A stretch of DNA of 64,000 nt from Nemertoderma westbladi (lineage: Eukaryota > Animalia > Xenacoelomorpha): the NCBI GenBank assembly GCA_032718475.1, contig JAUCBJ010008720.1, positions 18,504 through 82,503 on the forward strand, written 5' to 3'. Shown here in pieces: positions 61,538 through 64,000 of this stretch. The notes beneath the pieces were generated by a model that was given only the letters and a program-made list of their open reading frames with translations, did no database searches and was not told where the DNA came from. The position numbers and the translations under genes were made by a program. The stretch's first letter is position 1; each line of letters opens with the position of its first letter.

Positions 61538-64000
61538 AAAGGAAACACCTTATATACGTTAGTTTATAAAGGAAACACCTTATATACGTTAGTTTATAAA
61601 GGAAACACCTTATATACGTTAGTTTATAAGGGAAACACCTTCTATACGTTAGTTTATAATGGAAACACCTTCTATACGTTAGTTTATAAAGGAAACACCT
61701 AATATACGTTAGTTTATAAAGGAAACACCTTCTATACGTTAGTTTATAAAGGAAACACCTTCTACACGTTAGTTTATAAAGGAAACACCTTCTACACGTT
61801 AGTTTATAAAGGAAACACCTTCTATACGTTAGTCTATAAAGGAAACACTTTCTATACGTTAGTTTATAAAGGAAACACCTTCTATACGTTAGTTTATAAA
61901 GGAAACACCTTATATACGTTAGTTTATAAAGGAAACACCTTATATACGTTAGTTTATAATGGAAACACCTTATATACGTTAGTTTATAAAGGAAACACCT
62001 TATATACGTTAGTTTATAAAGGAAACACCTTCTATACGTTAGTTTATAATGGAAACACCTTCTATACGTTAGTTTATAAAGGAAATACCTTATATACGTT
62101 AGTTTATAAAGGAAACACCTTCTATACGTTAGTTTATAAAGGAAACACCTTCTACACGTTAGTTTATAAAGGAAACACCTTCTATACTTTAGTTTATAAA
62201 GGAAACACTTTCTATACGTTAGTTTATAAAGGAAACACTTTCTATACGTTAGTTTATAAAGGAAACACCTTCTATACGTTAGTTTATAAAGGAAACACTT
62301 TCTATACGTTAGTTTATAAAGGAAACACCTTCTATACGTTAGTCTATAAAGGAAACACTTTCTATACGTTAGTTTATAAAGGAAACACCTTCTATACGTT
62401 AGTTTATAAAGGAAACACCTTATATACGTTAGTTTATAAAGGAAACACCTTCTATACGTTAGTTTATAAAGGAAACACATTCTATACGTTAGTTTATAAA
62501 GGAAACACTTTCTATACGTTAGTTTATAAAGGAAACACTTTCTATACGTTAGTTTATAAAGGAAACACCTTCTATACGTTAATTTATAAAGGAAACACCT
62601 TATATACGTTAGTTTATAAAGGAAACACCTTCTATACGTTAGTTTATAAAGGAAACACCTTCTACACGTTAGTTTATAAAGGAAACACCTTATATACGTT
62701 ATTTTATAAAGGAAACACCTTCTACACGTTAGTTTATAAAGGAAACACCTTCTATATACGTTAGTTTATAAAGGAAACACCTTCTACACGTTAGTTTATA
62801 AAGGAAACTCCTTCTATACGTTAGTTTATAAAGGAAACACTTTCTATACGTTAGTTTATAAAGGAAACACCTTCTATACGTTAGTTTATAAAGGAAACAC
62901 CTTCTATACGTTAGTTTATAAAGGAAACACTTTCTATACGTTAGTTTATAAAGGAAACACCTTCTACACGTTAGTTTATAAAGGAAACACCTTCTACACG
63001 TTAGTTTATAAAGGAAACACCTTCTATATACGTTAGTTTATAAAGGAAACACCTTCTACACGTTAGTTTATAAAGGAAACTCCTTCTATACGTTAGTTTA
63101 TAAAGGAAACACTTTCTATACGTTAGTTTATAAAGGAAACACCTTCTATACGTTAGTTTATAAAGGAAACACCTTCTATACGTTAGTTTATAAAGGAAAC
63201 ACTTTCTATACGTTAGTTTATAAAGGGAACACTTTCTATACGTTAGTTTATAAAGGAGACACCTTCTATACGTTAGTTTATAAAGGAAACACCTTCTATA
63301 CGTTAGTTTATAAAGGAAACACCTTCTATACGTTAGTTTATAAAGTAAACACCTTCTATACGTTAGTTTATAAAGTAAACACCTTTTACACGTTAGTTTA
63401 TAAAGGAAACACCTTCTATACGTTAGTTTATAAAGGAAACACCTTCTATACGTTAGTTTATAAAGGAAACACCTTCTATACGTTAGTTTATAAAGGAAAC
63501 ACTTTCTATACGTTAGTTTATAAAGGAAACACCTTATATACGTTAGTTTATAAAGGAAACACCTTATATACATTAGTTTATAAAGGAAACACCTTCTATA
63601 CGTTAGTTTATAAAGTAAACACCTTCTACACGTTAGTTTATAAAGGAAACACCTTATATACGTTAGTTTATAAAGGAAACACCTTATATACGTTAGTTTA
63701 TAAAGGAAACACCTTATATACGTTAGTTTATAAAGGAAACACCTTCTATACGTTAGTTTATAAAGGAAACACCTTTTATACGTTAGTTTATAAAGGAAAC
63801 ACCTTCTATACGTTAGTTTATAAAGGAAACACCTTTTATACGTTAGTTTATAAAGGAAACACCTTATATACGTTAGTTTATAAAGGAAACACCTTTTATA
63901 CGTTAGTTTATAAAGGAGACACCTTATATACGTTAGTTTATAAAGGAAACACCTTCTATACGTTAGTTTATAAAGTAAACACCTTCTACACGTTAGTTTA
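61538..64000. repeat. 30-bp satellite, right portion (about 80 copies, runs off the window)
   Basis: Homogeneous unit gttagtttataaaggaaacaccttctatac with point variants and occasional +2 (ta) units. Confidence 0.98.

Noticed and set aside
61494-64000. CRISPR-like 30-bp repeats and the 328-aa / 190-aa RRCFLYKLTY ORFs
   Set aside because: Head-to-tail units with no unique spacers and no cas genes. The ORFs arise because the unit length is a multiple of 3.

Overview
AT-rich eukaryotic (metazoan, probably invertebrate) DNA, not prokaryotic. The only host coding sequence I can support is one large exon of an SLC7 (LAT/y+LAT/b0,+AT-type) amino-acid transporter light chain (2446-3185). The rest is a dense stack of nested transposable elements: two decayed BEL/Pao LTR retrotransposons plus remnants, several APE-type LINEs, three Penelope-like elements (two with hammerhead-ribozyme-like motifs), TIR and Helentron-like non-autonomous elements, and 30-, 68- and 84-bp satellites. 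Highlights: (1) a LINE and the Penelope element it sits inside both carry long, stop-free, tandem-repeat-encoded inserts (about 260-300 aa) immediately before the catalytic [Y/F]VDD motif of their reverse transcriptases; (2) the plus-strand BEL element has an extra ORF3 resembling a WRN/EXD-type DEDDy 3'-5' exonuclease, followed by a 3' UTR with conserved hairpins; (3) a four-level nesting, with target-site duplications, inside a 30-bp satellite. All alignments and translations were done by eye, with no database searches.
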